A stretch of 63,964 nt of DNA, filler included, from Octopus bimaculoides (GCF_001194135.2; 5 parts of 5 records of this genome joined end to end with filler, not necessarily neighbours in it); one strand, 5' to 3'; numbered from the whole stretch's first letter, positions 29,261-43,046 are shown. Notes: generated by a model not told the origin, from the letters alone. Numbers and translations: made by a program.

Positions 29261-29272
29261 TTAATTAATTAA
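29261..29272. other. Assembly linker TTAATTAATTAA embedded in Ns (also 51803-51814, 61510-61521, 62810-62821)
   Basis: The identical 12-mer appears four times, always inside N runs, and has stops in all frames; this is a scaffolding artefact. Confidence 0.9.
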
Positions 29273-30890
29273 NNNNNNNNNNNNNNNNNNNNNNNNNNNN
29301 NNNNNNNNNNNNNNNNAGCGCCTTTGAAACTTATGAAATGTATGAAGTTCGTACGTAGAGAGGGTTAAAAACAAAACAAAACACAAAGAAAAAACACAAA
29401 GAAAGAAAGAGAAAACAAGTTCTTTGCCATGTGTAAAGTGATTGCATGAAGACGCTTAGGTTATCCATGTTCTCGGCGAAGACTGCGTTTCAACATTTCT
29501 GTATAGCGTATGTCATACGTGAGGTTTTTTTTTTTTTTGAAGTTGCTTCTAGATGATGACATAAATGTGACAGGTTAAGAAGGAAGGAAGGAAGATGGTA
29601 GGTACTAACCGCATAGAGGAGAATATGTGTGTGTGTGTAAGAGTGTGTATGTGTGAACGTGAGAATGCATGTACATGCCCGCGCGTACGTGTTCGTGTAT
29701 GTGTGTGAATATCTAGATATGAAAGCTACCAAATCGTTAAGGTTGTGCCTCCCCACCCAAATTAGTTTTCTCATAATTTCAGAAACAACAAAAAATATAT
29801 ATATATAAATAAATAAAATGTATATTTTTTAATGAAATTTTCTACAAATATTTTCACGTGATGCACATTACGATTATGTTTGTTCGAAAAATTGTTTTCG
29901 TTGAGTTAGGAGTGATGACTTTGTTTCCTCATATCTTTCAGAAAAAATAGATGATTTTTTAATAAAATCTTCTAGAAATATCTTTCAGATAGTGTAGATT
30001 ACTATTACATTGGAATTGAATGTTGAAAAAGGAATGGTAGTTGCTCACACATTACATACTGACACACGTTACATATATATAAATTTAGTGAGTGGAGTAA
30101 AACGCATATGTTAAATGAATTTTTTTTATTTCTTTTATTTTACTCCATTTACTAAATTTATATATTTACTCAAGTACCCAAAATAACGGAGTTTCTACCT
30201 CATAAACAGGAGTTACACCACAGTCATTTTGTGATCTTTGCTACCCTGGTATNNNNNNNNNNCATACAAAATGGAACCTGAAATAAAATTTAAAAAATTT
30301 CTTGTGATGCGATTCAGAATCTGTGCGCGCGCCCAACTATTTTTTTTTCCACATTAAATTCCGATATTATAGTAATCTACACCATCTGAAAGGTAATTAT
30401 AGAAAATTTCATGAAAAAAGAATATCCATTTTTCAGAAAGTTATGAGGAAACAAATTCGAGGTAGGTGGGGGGGGGCACTTGTGTAAGTATGTTGTTAAT
30501 ATGCAGAAAGAAGAACATGAAGGAAGTTTGGAATATAAACAGATTTTGAACTTTGGTGGGTACATAAGAATTTGAACTCTACTCCCAAGCATTTTCGTAC
30601 ATCACATGATAATATTATGTGTAGCCATGGAAACGTAAATGAATTTTCATAATTAAAGAAATAAAAAAAAACAGTCAATTGCAGTTATCCCCCCTTCGTT
30701 TTTATGTATATCACTTCTCCCACATTATTTTGCGTGAATTCGCGTCTTTGTTGAATCGTGTCATCTCTTTACTTCAATCGCTACGAAATCACTGCCTTAC
30801 ATTTTATTCAATAGGAACGTACACACACGCAAATATTTTTTTCTAGATAGATTTATTCTTTGATATTCCGTAACAACCCATTAACAAAAG

Positions 30891-31431
30891 ATGTCTGGAA
30901 ATCCCTCCACGAAAGATACGACAGTGCTTTGTGTGTTGACTGGAGCCAGTCGTGGTTTTGGACGGAGTTTAGCCGTGGCATTGAGCCAAACGTTCAAATC
31001 AGACTCGGTTTTCATCCTCCTAGCTCGATCGATGAATGATTTAGAAGCTGCCAAAGAAGAAATGCTACAAATGTCCAATCTTTCTCCCGATCATATACTT
31101 CCGTTTTACCTTGATCAGGGCCAATTCTCTGCAGATATAGCAACAAAATTATTCCAAGATATTCGAGCACAGTTAAGTAAACTGCGACAACAATTCCACA
31201 AATACTTACTAATTCACAACAGCGGTACCCTGGGCGATATCACCAAGAAATCTTCACAGTTCGGTGACTTCGACGAAATCAGTGCTCACTTCAACGTCAA
31301 TGTAAGTGGAATGATTGCGTTGAATACCAAATGCCTGGAACTCTTTGACGACAACAGCAAATGTATAATAGTCAACATTTCATCACTAGCAGCTATCCAA
31401 CCTGTGAATTCCTTCTCTTTATACTGCGCCA
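30891..31431 (+). CDS. SPR: Sepiapterin reductase (SDR family), coding exon 1 of 3
   Basis: ATG at 30891 with an in-frame TAA at 30882-30884. Encodes the NADP(H)-binding TGASRGFG, LLIHNSGTLG, and VNISSLAA...YCA. Ends at donor A|GTAAGT (phase 1, 541 nt). Confidence 0.95.
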
Positions 31432-33926
31432 GTAAGTTGAATACCTGATAATTGTTCCTAATCCAGATTATTGATAACGCACCTGTCATATCTTTAATAA
31501 CCGTTTAACTATACTAGATTGTTGTGATGTGTGTCAGTATGTATGTGTACGATCCTACCAATTTATTATTGTTTTTTTTTCCAATCAAATTCCGATACTA
31601 CCATAATCCACACCATAGGAAAGATATTTGTAGAAAATTTCATCAAAAAATATTTATTTTCCTGAAAGTTACGAGGAGTCAAAGCCAACCCGTCTGAATT
31701 TTTCGAAGCTTCTCTCCCCGCCTTCGGAAAGCTTTTTTACCTTACAAATTCCGATCCACTTAAAATCTACACTAGCGTGTTTGTAGATTTCATTAAAAAA
31801 TAACCCACCCACCTTTTTTTTTTTCTTGCGTTATGAAGAAACAAATTCGGTGTGGCGCATTTGTGTAGGTTTGCTTATACCTACAAAAGTGTGCCCCTCT
31901 GACTTTGTTTCCTGATATCTTTCAGAAAGATGGGCAAATTTTAATGAACTTTTCTAGAAATACCTTTCAGATGTTGTAGATTACGATTATATACGAGTTT
32001 GTGTTGGCACTCCGTCGCTTACGACGTTGAGGGTTCCAGTTGATCCGATCAACGGAACAGCCTGCTCGTGAAATTAACGTGCAAGTGGCTGAGCACTCCA
32101 CAGACACGTGTACCCTTAACGTAGTTCTCGGGGATATCCAGNNNNNNNNNNNNNNNNNNNNNNNNNNNNNNNNNNNNNNNNNNNNNNNNNNNNNNNNNNN
32201 NNNNNNNNNNNNNNNNNNNNNNNNNNNNNNNNNNNNNNNNNNNNNNNNNNNNNNNNNNNNNNNNNNNNNNNNNNNNNNNNNNNNNNNNNNNNNNNNNNNN
32301 NNNNNNNNNNNNNNNNNNNNNNNNNNNNNNNNNNNNNNNNNNNNNNNNNNNNNNNNNNNNNNNNNNNNNNNNNNNNNNNNNNNNNNNNNNNNNNNNNNNN
32401 NNNNNNNNNNNNNNNNNNNNNNNNNNNNNNNNNNNNNNNNNNNNNNNNNNNNNNNNNNNNNNNNNNNNNNNNNNNNNNNNNNNNNNNNNNNNNNNNNNNN
32501 NNNNNNNNNNNNNNNNNNNNNNNNNNNNNNNNNNNNNNNNNNNNNNNNNNNNNNNNNNNNNNNNNNNNNNNNNNNNNNNNNNNNNNNNNNNNNNNNNNNN
32601 NNNNNNNNNNNNNNNNNNNNNNNNNNNNNNNNNNNNNNNNNNNNNNNNNNNNNNNNNNNNNNNNNNNNNNNNNNNNNNNNNNNNNNNNNNNNNNNNNNNN
32701 NNNNNNNNNNNNNNNNNNNNNNNNNNNNNNNNNNNNNNNNNNNNNNNNNNNNNNNNNNNNNNNNNNNNNNNNNNNNNNNNNNNNNNNNNNNNNNNNNNNN
32801 NNNNNNNNNNNNNNNNNNNNNNNNNNNNNNNNNNNNNNNNNNNNNNNNNNNNNNNNNNNNNNNNNNNNNNNNNNNNNNNNNNNNNNNNNNNNNNNNNNNN
32901 NNNNNNNNNNNNNNNNNNNNNNNNNNNNNNNNNNNNNNNNNNNNNNNNNNNNNNNNNNNNNNNNNNNNNNNNNNNNNNNNNNNNNNNNNNNNNNNNNNNN
33001 NNNNNNNNNNNNNNNNNNNNNNNNNNNNNNNNNNNNNNNNNNNNNNNNNNNNNNNNAAAAACCGACAGAATAAGTACTAGGCTTACAAAGAATAAGTCCT
33101 GGGGTCGATTTGTTCGACGAAAGGCGGTGCTCCAGCATGGCCGGAGTCACATGACTGAAACAAATAAAAGAATATATATATATATATATATTGTGGGTGT
33201 ATCTTCTTGTTTGTCCCCTACTAACGCTTGACAACTGATGTTAGTTTGTTTACGACCTCGTAATTTAGTCGTCTGCTAAAAAGAGATGGATAGGCTTTTA
33301 AAAAAAAGTACTGGTGTCGATTTGTTCGACTCACAGAAAATTCCAAGACAGTTGTCCAGCACGGCCGCTGTTCAATGACTTCTGGGGAAACACCTGTTTA
33401 AAAATTTCACAAACCATTGTACAAGACAGGCTGTACTAGATTTCTTTCTAGTCCTACTTTTTTAAGTGATCTACTTTATTTTTTACTACTCTGTACATAC
33501 GTATGATGGCTGCAAATCGATTTCGAGTAATGTCCTCGCTTGATTGTTCTCTAAAACGCAAACAGTCCAGATGTGGTTTTTCACTTCTGCGAAGGACTTA
33601 CAAACTTTTGTACAGATCTGGCCACGATGAGCGCCCCGTGCAGTATATGTTTTACGATATTGTTTTTTGTGAACCTTCGTATACTATTTCAGCCCGCCTC
33701 CTGAGTCACATTCTTTTGCATATTTCTTGCAAGTAGAAATGCTGTATAATACAGGGTGTTCAAAAAAATCTCTCCGCAGTGAGTATTTTGGGCTTTGTTG
33801 ACTTCTAAGGCCTGCTTTACTGACAGACTTGTCACGAAGTACTTCTACATAAGTTATACAAATATAGAAGAAATGAAGATAAACACAAGTTTATATTTTA
33901 GTTCCTATGTGTGTTTTACCATTATG

Positions 33927-34262
33927 GTGGAGGCGCAATGGCCCAGTGGTTAGGGCAGCGGACTCGCGGTCATAGGATCGCGGTTTCGATTCCCAGACCG
34001 GGCGTTGTGAGTGTTTAGTGAGCGAAAACACCTAAAGCTCCACGAGGCTCCGGCAGGGGATGGTGGTGAACCCTGCTGTACTCTTCCACCACAACTTTCT
34101 CTCACTCTTACTTCCTGTTTCTGTTGTGCCTGTAATTCAAAGGGTCAGCCTTGTCACACTCTGTGTCACGCTGAATCTTCCCGAGAACTACGTTAAGGGT
34201 ACACGTGTCTGTGGAGTGCTCAGCCACTTGCACGTTAATTTCACGAGCAGGCTGTTGATCGG
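33927..34262 (+). mobile_element. SINE family A copy, truncated by a gap
   Basis: Near-identical to the 18266 copy. Confidence 0.9.
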
Positions 34263-35789
34263 NNNNNNNNNNNNNNNNNNNNNNNNNNNNNNNNNNNNNN
34301 NNNNNNNNNNNNNNNNNNNNNNNNNNNNNNNNNNNNNNNNNNNNNNNNNNNNNNNNNNNNNNNNNNNNNNNNNNNNNNNNNNNNNNNNNNNNNNNNNNNN
34401 NNNNNNNNNNNNNNNNNNNNNNNNNNNNNNNNNNNNNNNNNNNNNNNNNNNNNNNNNNNNNNNNNNNNNNNNNNNNNNNNNNNNNNNNNNNNNTGAACAA
34501 CGAAAGCAGCTTTACCCCCACAGTCTCCAGCGACACTTTTTTCATGTATATATATTTTATGAAAGAGAACTGTTTCTTATTTTTAAATATATTTCATCTA
34601 ATATCTCAATAAAGAGCAAAAATCAAATACGTTTAGTGATCGATATGAAAACTGTACCTACAGAAGATACTGAAAAAACTAGTGCAAAAGTAGAAAATAA
34701 CAATTCTTTTTCTCTCACCTCTTGCAATATATATCTTGTGCGAAGCGCACTGAATAACCAGCTGGAAGAGGCGTCCCCCTGGGGTTAAAATAGCAGTATC
34801 GTCTACTCTTAGAACACTCACGGGTACTATTCAAGAAGAGTGGTCCCGGTGCGCGCACTCGCGCATCCGCGCTAGCTAGTCGTGACAAGTCGATCCTACA
34901 ACGACTATCCAAAACATGTAAACAAAGTAAATGAAACACAAAGTAAATTATTTATTTTTTTTTTTTTGAATCTTCCCCATCTTACTCTTAAAACGTCGTT
35001 TTACGTTCTTCCAGGGTGTATTTTGGTGTCGGAAGCGCAATGGCCCAGTGGTTAGGATAGCGGACTCGCGGTTTCGATTCCCAGACTGGGCGTTGTGAGT
35101 GTTTCATTGAGCGAAAACACCTAAAAGCTCTACTCTTTCACCACAACTTTCTCTCACTCTTTCTTCCTGTTTCTGTTGTGCCTGTAATTCAAAGGGGTCA
35201 GCCTTGTCACACTGTGTCACGCTGAATATCCCCGAGAACTACGTTAAGGGCACACGTGTCTGTGGAGTACTCNNNNNNNNNNNNNNNNNNNNNNNNNNNN
35301 NNNNNNNNNNNNNNNNNNNNNNNNNNNNNNNNNNNNNNNNNNNNNNNNNNNNNNNNNNNNNNNNNNNNNNNNNNNNNNNNNTTAGTAAAAAAAAACCCAT
35401 ACATGTTTTGCGTATGACGAGTACTCGCGCTAGGTAGTCGTAGGATCGACTAGTCACGACTCGCTAGTACCAAATTTTTATTACGCAGGTAAAGAGTTAA
35501 GCAAATATCTGAGGCAATTTTAAAATACAAAGTTAATACCATTAGTTTTCCTAATCAAAGTCTTTTTTCTTTTAGTGAGTCGGTTGTTGGTCGAGAAACG
35601 TGGTGTAGTTTGTTAAATTTTGAGTTTCAGCTCTACTGTGGTAGAAGGGAGATAACTCTATTTCGCTCAGCTTGACTAAGATATTTGAAAGCCAAGAAAA
35701 AACATTACTGAAATTCTTTTCAAAACTAGAATGATTTATAGCAGCGGTCCCCAAACTTTTTTGCTCTACAAACCGGGGTATCGCGTGCA

Positions 35790-36410
35790 TAACGAAACAT
35801 AATAAACTGCATAATATATAAATTCCATATATAAGTTGACCTCTTTGAAAATCCGATAGATCTGTCATTTTAATGAATTTTAATTACCTTTTTCTGATGA
35901 TATCTGAAAAGAAACAGCAATTTTAGCAAAACATATCAAGCAACACTAATAATAAATCAAAAAAACATAAAAATAAACAAGCGAAACCGTCAATGGCACC
36001 TGTGCCCAGCATCGCCTTCCTGGCACTTGTGCCGGATGGCACGTGATTCGACCGAGATCGTTGCCAGTGCCGCCGAACTGGCTCCTGTGCAGGTGGCACA
36101 TAAAATACACCATTTTGAGCGTGGCCGTTGCCAGTACCGCCTGACTGGCCTTCGTGCCGGTGGCACGTAAAAGCACCCACTACACTCTCAGAGTGGTTGG
36201 TGTTAGGAATGGTATCCAGCTGTAGAAACTCTGCCAAATCAGATTGGAGCCTGGTGTAGCCATCTGGTTTCACCAGTCCTCAGTCAAATCATCCAACCCA
36301 TGCTAGCATGGAAAGCAGACGTTAAACAACAAAGAAGCTTTTGATAGTTTTATAGATATTTCAAAATAATGATGTGATATTAGGTGTTTCCATTATTTTG
36401 TCCAACCTGT
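35790..36410 (-). mobile_element. Tc1-like 5' end, interrupted by a ~350-bp repeat
   Basis: TIR-like TACAGGTTGGACAAAATAATGGAAACAC near 36410, and MTDLSDFQRGQ (Tc1 HTH start) at 35868. Confidence 0.55.
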
Positions 36411-36520
36411 ATATATATATATATGTGTGGGAGAATTTATGAAAAAAACAACAACAGACGAGGACAGGTGGTGTAAACAACAAAAGGATGTATTAGTTTA
36501 ATGCTCGGTAATAGAGAAAG

Positions 36521-36944
<424 letters not shown>

Positions 36945-37438
36945 TGAGATATTTTTGACTTCTTCACTTGCCTGAGTGATGTTCCACTAACATGCCGAAT
37001 GCACTGGGAATGTCTTAGTCTTTGCAACACTAATTCCCATCCATGCCTTGTAGCACTTTGGCAGCAAACCCTTTCTGCTGGGGATCACCAACTGACAAAC
37101 CAAATAGCACCATGTCGTCTGAAGATATCAGCCGATCAATTGTCATTTCTACTTCCACAGTGGGTGCACATCTCAATCCAGTTCATAAAAATTATGAAAA
37201 GAAGTGACAATACGCGTCCCTGCCAAAGTCCAACACCTACGTTGAGGGGTTTCAATTTAGCAACAAATGCAAACATGACTCCTAATATGGTTAATTTAAT
37301 CAACCCTCCCACCAATTTCCAGCCTTCTGGTAGAAAGCCAGAATTCTCAGAATGTCAAGCAAGGTAATTACTGGTACTTGAACAGCTGATGAATGTTGAT
37401 GAGATATAAATTTTGCCTGGTTTTCATTTTATTTAAAA

Positions 37439-37870
37439 CCCTTTAGCGTTCAAGCCAGCCCAAATATTCTAACCAATTTATGTTAAAACTGGCAAGATCC
37501 AACCTCTCACACCTAACCTACAACATCATTCTAAAAATATACAAACACACCATTGAAATCTTGAAGCTACATTTCAGTGTGCGATTAATTAAAAACAATG
37601 TGAATAAATAAGCAATACATTCGACGAAGAAATTTGAATACTAAAGAGTTAGCCCATTAGCATTTAAATCAGGTAGAATATTAAGATTCTACCTGTTTTA
37701 AGTTCAAACTGACCTGATTTGGTCTCTTATCAACCCTACAATATCATTCTAAAAATCAACAGTTAAAAATCGAAATCTCAAAGCTACAATATAATGCACA
37801 ATTAATTCCAAACAATGTGAATAAATAAGTATTAATTTTTGACAGAATTATATGAAAGCTAAAGGGTTAA
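37439..37870. mobile_element. Two tandem piggyBac-type MITEs (~210 bp each) in SPR intron 2
   Basis: CCCTTTAGC...ACTAAAGAG-TTAG-CCCATTAGC...GCTAAAGGG-TTAA, with similar internal sequence in both units. Confidence 0.6.
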
Positions 37871-38180
37871 ATGTGTGTCCACCTTGTATTGACGTAAAAC
37901 TATAAAACAAACTCACTAAACTACATATATTCGCCATTTCACAGGGAAATTTGAAATTTGTTTTGCATTTAACTTATTAGCAGGGGTTGACCATATTATA
38001 ATATCTTGCCTAGAAATAAGTATTGCCCCAGAGAAGGTGAGGGTGGTTGAATTGTTAAAATCTTAAATGATCTCTTTCCAGGTTTTTTAGTTTATTTATT
38101 CAAATCTGTGCTCTGTATGTATGCCCTCCTTGTGTTCAGAAAAACTACAAACATGAAGAAGTAGACATTAAATGTAGATA

Positions 38181-38547
38181 CTCTTTTACTTGTTTCAGTC
38201 TTTTGGCTGTGGCCATACTGGAGCACCACCTTTAGTCGAGCAAATTGACCCCAGGACTTATTCTTTGGAAGCCTAGTACTTATTCTATCGGTCTCTTTTA
38301 CCAAACCGCTAAGTTACAGGGACGTAAACACACCAACATCAGTTGTCAAGCGATGTTGGGGGGACAAACACAGACACACAAACATATATATATATATACA
38401 TATATACGACAGGCTTCTTTCAGTTTCCATCTACCAAATCCACTCACAAGGCTTTGGTCAGCCTGAGGCTATAGTAGAAGACACTTGCCCAAGATGCCAT
38501 GCAGTGGGACTGAACCCGGAGCCATGTGGTTGGTAAGCAAGCTACTT
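38181..38547 (-). mobile_element. SINE family B (tRNA head, CORE-like CCTTGGGCAAGT, internal TA/TG microsatellite) in SPR intron 2
   Basis: Homologous copies at 10641-11018(-), 14581-14785(-), 33058-33170(+), 41955-42125(+), 51513-51758(+), 51970-52090(-), 54461-54708(+). Confidence 0.85.
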
Positions 38548-38597
38548 GTCAAAGAGTTTCTTGAATTGTTCTAATATCTTCCATTTATTATTTTCAG

Positions 38598-38713
38598 AAA
38601 TGTTCAATTCATCAAAACTGGTCTCCTGTGAAGACAGTGCTGAGAAGTTGATAGACCTTCTAGAGAAGGATACATACACCAACGGAGACCACATAGACTA
38701 TTACGATGACTAA
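38598..38713 (+). CDS. SPR: Sepiapterin reductase, coding exon 3 (terminal)
   Basis: Acceptor ttattttcag|AA; encodes (E)MFNSSKLVSCEDSAEKLIDLLEKDTYTNGDHIDYYDD*, matching the SPR C-terminus (human ...[25 protein letters not shown]). Not in the ORF track. Total CDS 541+153+116=810 nt, 269 aa. Confidence 0.93.
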
Positions 38714-39757
38714 ATACTTGTATTTTTTAAGTCACACCCTCCCTCTTTCTCTGTGAACAAGAGGCTGTGTCTTGAGTCAACCCATTTGTGACTGTGTGTT
38801 CGGAAAATGATGTCCATGTGTTAAAATTAATTTTGAAAAAAGAATTAATGAAATAGGGGAAAATTTAGTTGAATAACTAAGTTGTAGGGAGTAGATAGGC
38901 TACCATTTTCCTGGTTTTATACACTGCTTCAGTTAATTTTGAGAATGAAGAATTTAGTAATATAACTTTTTTGTTATAAAATGATAATAATAATAATAAT
39001 GAACTTACTGTATGCAGAACTCAGGTGTGCTATAACTCATCAGAAAAAGTAACTAAAACTTCATAATGGGTACATAGAATATGCATAGGAAGTAAACAGT
39101 TAAAAAGTTGTTTTTTTTTTTAAAAAAACAAAAAAAAAACAGGGGCATGGGGAATCAGATGTACTGTTTACGAGTTTCAGGAAATTTTGAAGGATGTAGT
39201 GTCCCAATGGCCAGCAGGGTAGTTTATTCCATACTTCATCGATTCTGAATGTGAAAAAAAATGTTTCTGAAAGTCATAGATACTGTGTTGTTTTTTTGAT
39301 TTTGTAAGTATGTCCATGAGCGTTTGACATTTGGAATTCAAAAAGGTACCCAAGATTGTTATTGGAAAGCTGGTGTTTGGGACAAGGTCACTTTAAAACA
39401 GGAAGTCTGTATCATAGAACCAGGGTCAGTCTCAAGCAGGTCGATATTAGAAGGGGTTATAAAAATTTTACCATTTATGTCACATGACTAGACATCATTA
39501 TAAAAGACTTTGGGAAATGACTGCCATAAAGCATTTTGTCCTTTCGCTATATTTCTGTAGAGATTCATTACTCTTGTTTCAATTAATTTTTTAAATAATG
39601 GAGAATTTCGTGAAATAACTTTGCTAGTGTTTGTAACGTAAATTAACATGAAATATACCATATTTTAACTTGTATAAGGAACCCTTTTTTGTCAAAAATT
39701 AGGTTAAAAAATATGGGAGTTTCCGCTGACAAAACATTCAATTTTTTTTCTCCGTAT

Positions 39758-39794
39758 TCTTTCTGTTGAAGAGCGTAACTCGAAACGTTAAAGA
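39758..39794 (+). ncRNA. Hammerhead-like motif with a variant core (CTGTTGA)
   Basis: TCTTT-CTGTTGA-A-GAG..CTC-GAA-ACGT-T-AAAGA, with a perfect 5-bp stem I. Part of a ~130-bp repeat also found at 36430-36566 on -. Confidence 0.35.
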
Positions 39795-40494
39795 CTTTCT
39801 GTATTCCCGAGCGTTAAACTAATACATCCTTTTGTTGTATACACCACCTGTCCTCGTCTGTTGTTTTTTTTTCGTAAATTCTCCGATAGTATTATAATTC
39901 CTTACAACACCTTTTTTTTTCCAAATTTTAAGCCCCCCAAAATTAGAGGGTTCCTTATACACGTTAAAATACGGTAAATCACTTTAAAATTGGAAGTTTG
40001 TAATGTGGCATTAGAGACTGTCTCAGACAGGTTGGTATCAAAACGGTAAAGCCAGCACTAAATGTTTCTTGACCAGACAGTTTGAGAAACAGTAAAGCAT
40101 TTAATCTTTGTTATATTTCTGTTGAAATACTCTACCTTTATTCAATTAATTTTGAAAATAAGAAAGAATTTAGTAAAATAACTTTGTCATTATTAAGCTA
40201 ATGTTTGGAACATAAATTAGCATGAAAGAAATGTTGCTAAGCATTTTTATCAGACAGTTCTGCCAGCTTGCCCCCTTAGCAACAACAATAATAATTCTTT
40301 CTAATTTTGGCACAAAGCCAGCAGTTTTGAGGGGGAGGGAGCAAGTCAGTTACATCATTCCCAGAACTGGACTGGTATTTTATTTTACCAACATTGAAAT
40401 GATGAAAGGCAAAGTTGACCCTCAGTGGAATTTGAACTCAGAACAGAGAGTACCAGAAGAAACACCACAAGGCATTTCATCCAGTACTCTAATG

Positions 40495-40762
40495 CAGGGG
40501 TTTTCAAACTTTTTGACTTGTGGACCCCTTTATATTTCAGGCTTTACCCTTATAAACGCTTATGAAATTTATACATAAATATTTGCTTAAAATAACATAT
40601 ATTTTTACATTTATTTATTTAACAGTATTTAACAAATAGGTTTATTGTCAATTAAAAGATTTCGATTAAAAAACATATATAAAATCAAATTACCCATAAA
40701 AAGTATTTGCTGTCTACGGACCCCCTGTCTTGTCCTTGCGGACCACAGTTTGAAAGCCCCTG
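40495..40762. mobile_element. hAT-family MITE, 268 bp
   Basis: TIRs CAGGGGTTTTCAAACT / AGTTTGAAAGCCCCTG (15/16 match) and a perfect 8-bp TSD CTCTAATG at 40487-40494 and 40763-40770. Confidence 0.9.
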
Positions 40763-41668
40763 CTCTAATGAGTCTACCAATTCAGCACCTTAATAACTGG
40801 AATAATAGTAATAATGATAAGAAAAAGGTAACGAGCCAACAGAATCATTAGCATGCTGGGTAAAACGCTTAGCAGCATTTTGTCTGGCTTTACGTTCTGA
40901 GTTCAAATTCCACTGAGGTTAACTTTGATTTTTATTCTTTCAGGGTCGATAAAATAAATATCAGTTGAACACTGGGGTTGATTTAGTTGGCTTATCTCCT
41001 TCCCCAAAATTGTTAGTCTTGTGTGAAAATTTGAAACCAATAACAATACGAGGAAATTCATTTATGATGATGATGATGATGATGATGAAAACAGTCAACT
41101 CCTTAAATGTCTTAAGATATATTTTTCATCTTATTATTACTTTTTTCTTTTTTGTTCTCCAAATTTAATTTGAGTGTGAAATTCCTTTTCAGATTTCAAA
41201 ACACAAAAAAAAAAAAAAAAAAAAAANNNNNNNNNNAAAAAAAAAAAAAAAAAATCATTCAGTGATCCAAATTTCCTTTCTTTTTTTTTTTTGCTCTCCT
41301 GATTCAAATTCATTTATTTTATATTTTTATTTTCATTTATTTATATATTTTTATAAATTTTTAAAAAATTGGGAAAAAAAAAGAAGAAATACTCAACAAG
41401 AAACTAATCATGGATTTCGTTAAATGAAATTAATTAATCTCGCTCCCTAACCATCGCTTCATGTCAATATATTGTTCATATAAAATGTTACGCTAAACAC
41501 ATTGGTTGTTGTTGTTCTTGTTATTGCATAGCACCAGATAAGCTCTCTCATTAAAGGCTTTCCAACTGTGACTCTCACCACCCATCTTGTTTTTAGAAAT
41601 AGAGACATTGCTGAATGGTTAAGAAGTTTGATTTATAAACTAGTGGGTTTGAGTTCAGTCCCACAGGG

Positions 41669-41724
<56 letters not shown>

Positions 41725-42539
41725 TGTGTGTATATAAATATATATATATATTTATGAATGGATTAAGCAGAGCAGTATATATATATATATATGAATGGAT
41801 TAAGAAAAGCAAGAGCACACACGAAGATGGAAAGTGTCGCTGAGGAAGTCACAGACGTGTAATGAAAGATTTCCAGACAATGGACATGAGTTAGAATAAG
41901 AACAGTAACGAACGAGTGAAGAATGAATATCATGTGCATGTGTTCATTTGGCAAAAAGCCTTGTGAGTGGATTTGGTAGATGGAAACTGAAAGAAGCCTG
42001 TCGTATATATGTATATATATATATATATATATATGTTTGTGTGTCTGTGTTTGTCCCCCCAACATCACTTGACAACTGATGTTGGTGTGTTTACGTCCCT
42101 GTAACTTAGCGGTTCGGTAAAAGAGACCGATAGAATAAGTACAACAATATATATGTGTGTGTGTATATATGTATATATATATAGATACATATATATATAT
42201 TCCCTCTCTCACTCTCTGGGAGAGAGGCACAAGCACATACACAGACATATACACACACGGCAGTAACGTCCGCCTACAAAATTCAATCACAAAGCTTCGG
42301 TCGGCTCGGGGCTATAGCAGAAGACACTTGTCCAAGATGCCACGCGGTGGGACTGAACCCGAAACCATGTAGCTGGGAAGCAAGCTTCCTAACCACACAG
42401 CCATGCCGTTAGGAAGGGCATCCAGCTGTAGAAACTCTGCCAAATCAGATTGGAGCCTGGTGTAGCCATCTGGTTTCACCAGTCCCCAGTCAAATCGTCC
42501 AACCCATGCTAGCATGGAAAGCAGACGTTAAACGACGAC

Positions 42540-42587
<48 letters not shown>

Positions 42588-42620
42588 ATACTGACTGGAG
42601 AAGAAAACTACAAATTCAAA

Positions 42621-42645
42621 TTTATTAAATTTAAATTATTTTATT
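42621..42645 (-). promoter_or_regulatory. Candidate polyadenylation signals of MMADHC (two AATAAA on the - strand)
   Basis: TTTATT at 42621-42626 and 42640-42645 on +, about 400 nt past the MMADHC stop. Confidence 0.4.
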
Positions 42646-43046
42646 ACACACAAATACCAAAAGACAATATATCTTTTAAATATTACATTCCTTGAAATAT
42701 TTGTGTAGCTTCACAAACAAAAGCTAGATTTGTTGGGTTTTCCCCTAAGAAAACATAGCTTAGATATTTAACAATTATGGTTTTGAATTGAGGGCACAAG
42801 GTCAGAAATCTTGAAAAGCGGGAACAGTAGTTGATTACATTGACCCCCACCAGTGCTCAACTGGTACTTATTTTATCTACCCCTGAAAGGATGAAAGTCA
42901 ACCTCAGTGGTATTTGAACCCAGGATGTAAAGACGGATTAAATGTCACTAAGCATTTTATCTATCATGCTGACCATTCTGTCAACCTGCCACCTTCAGAA
43001 TAATAATAATAATAATAATAATAATAACTGTTAGCAGAAACTTGTT

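Noticed and set aside
31286-31489. Short - strand ORFs overlapping SPR exons (also 30881-31078, 36764-37030)
   Set aside because: They are antisense shadows of the SPR coding sequence.
41207-41254. Poly(A) run as a processed-pseudogene tail
   Set aside because: It is split by an N gap, and no retrocopy body or TSD is visible.
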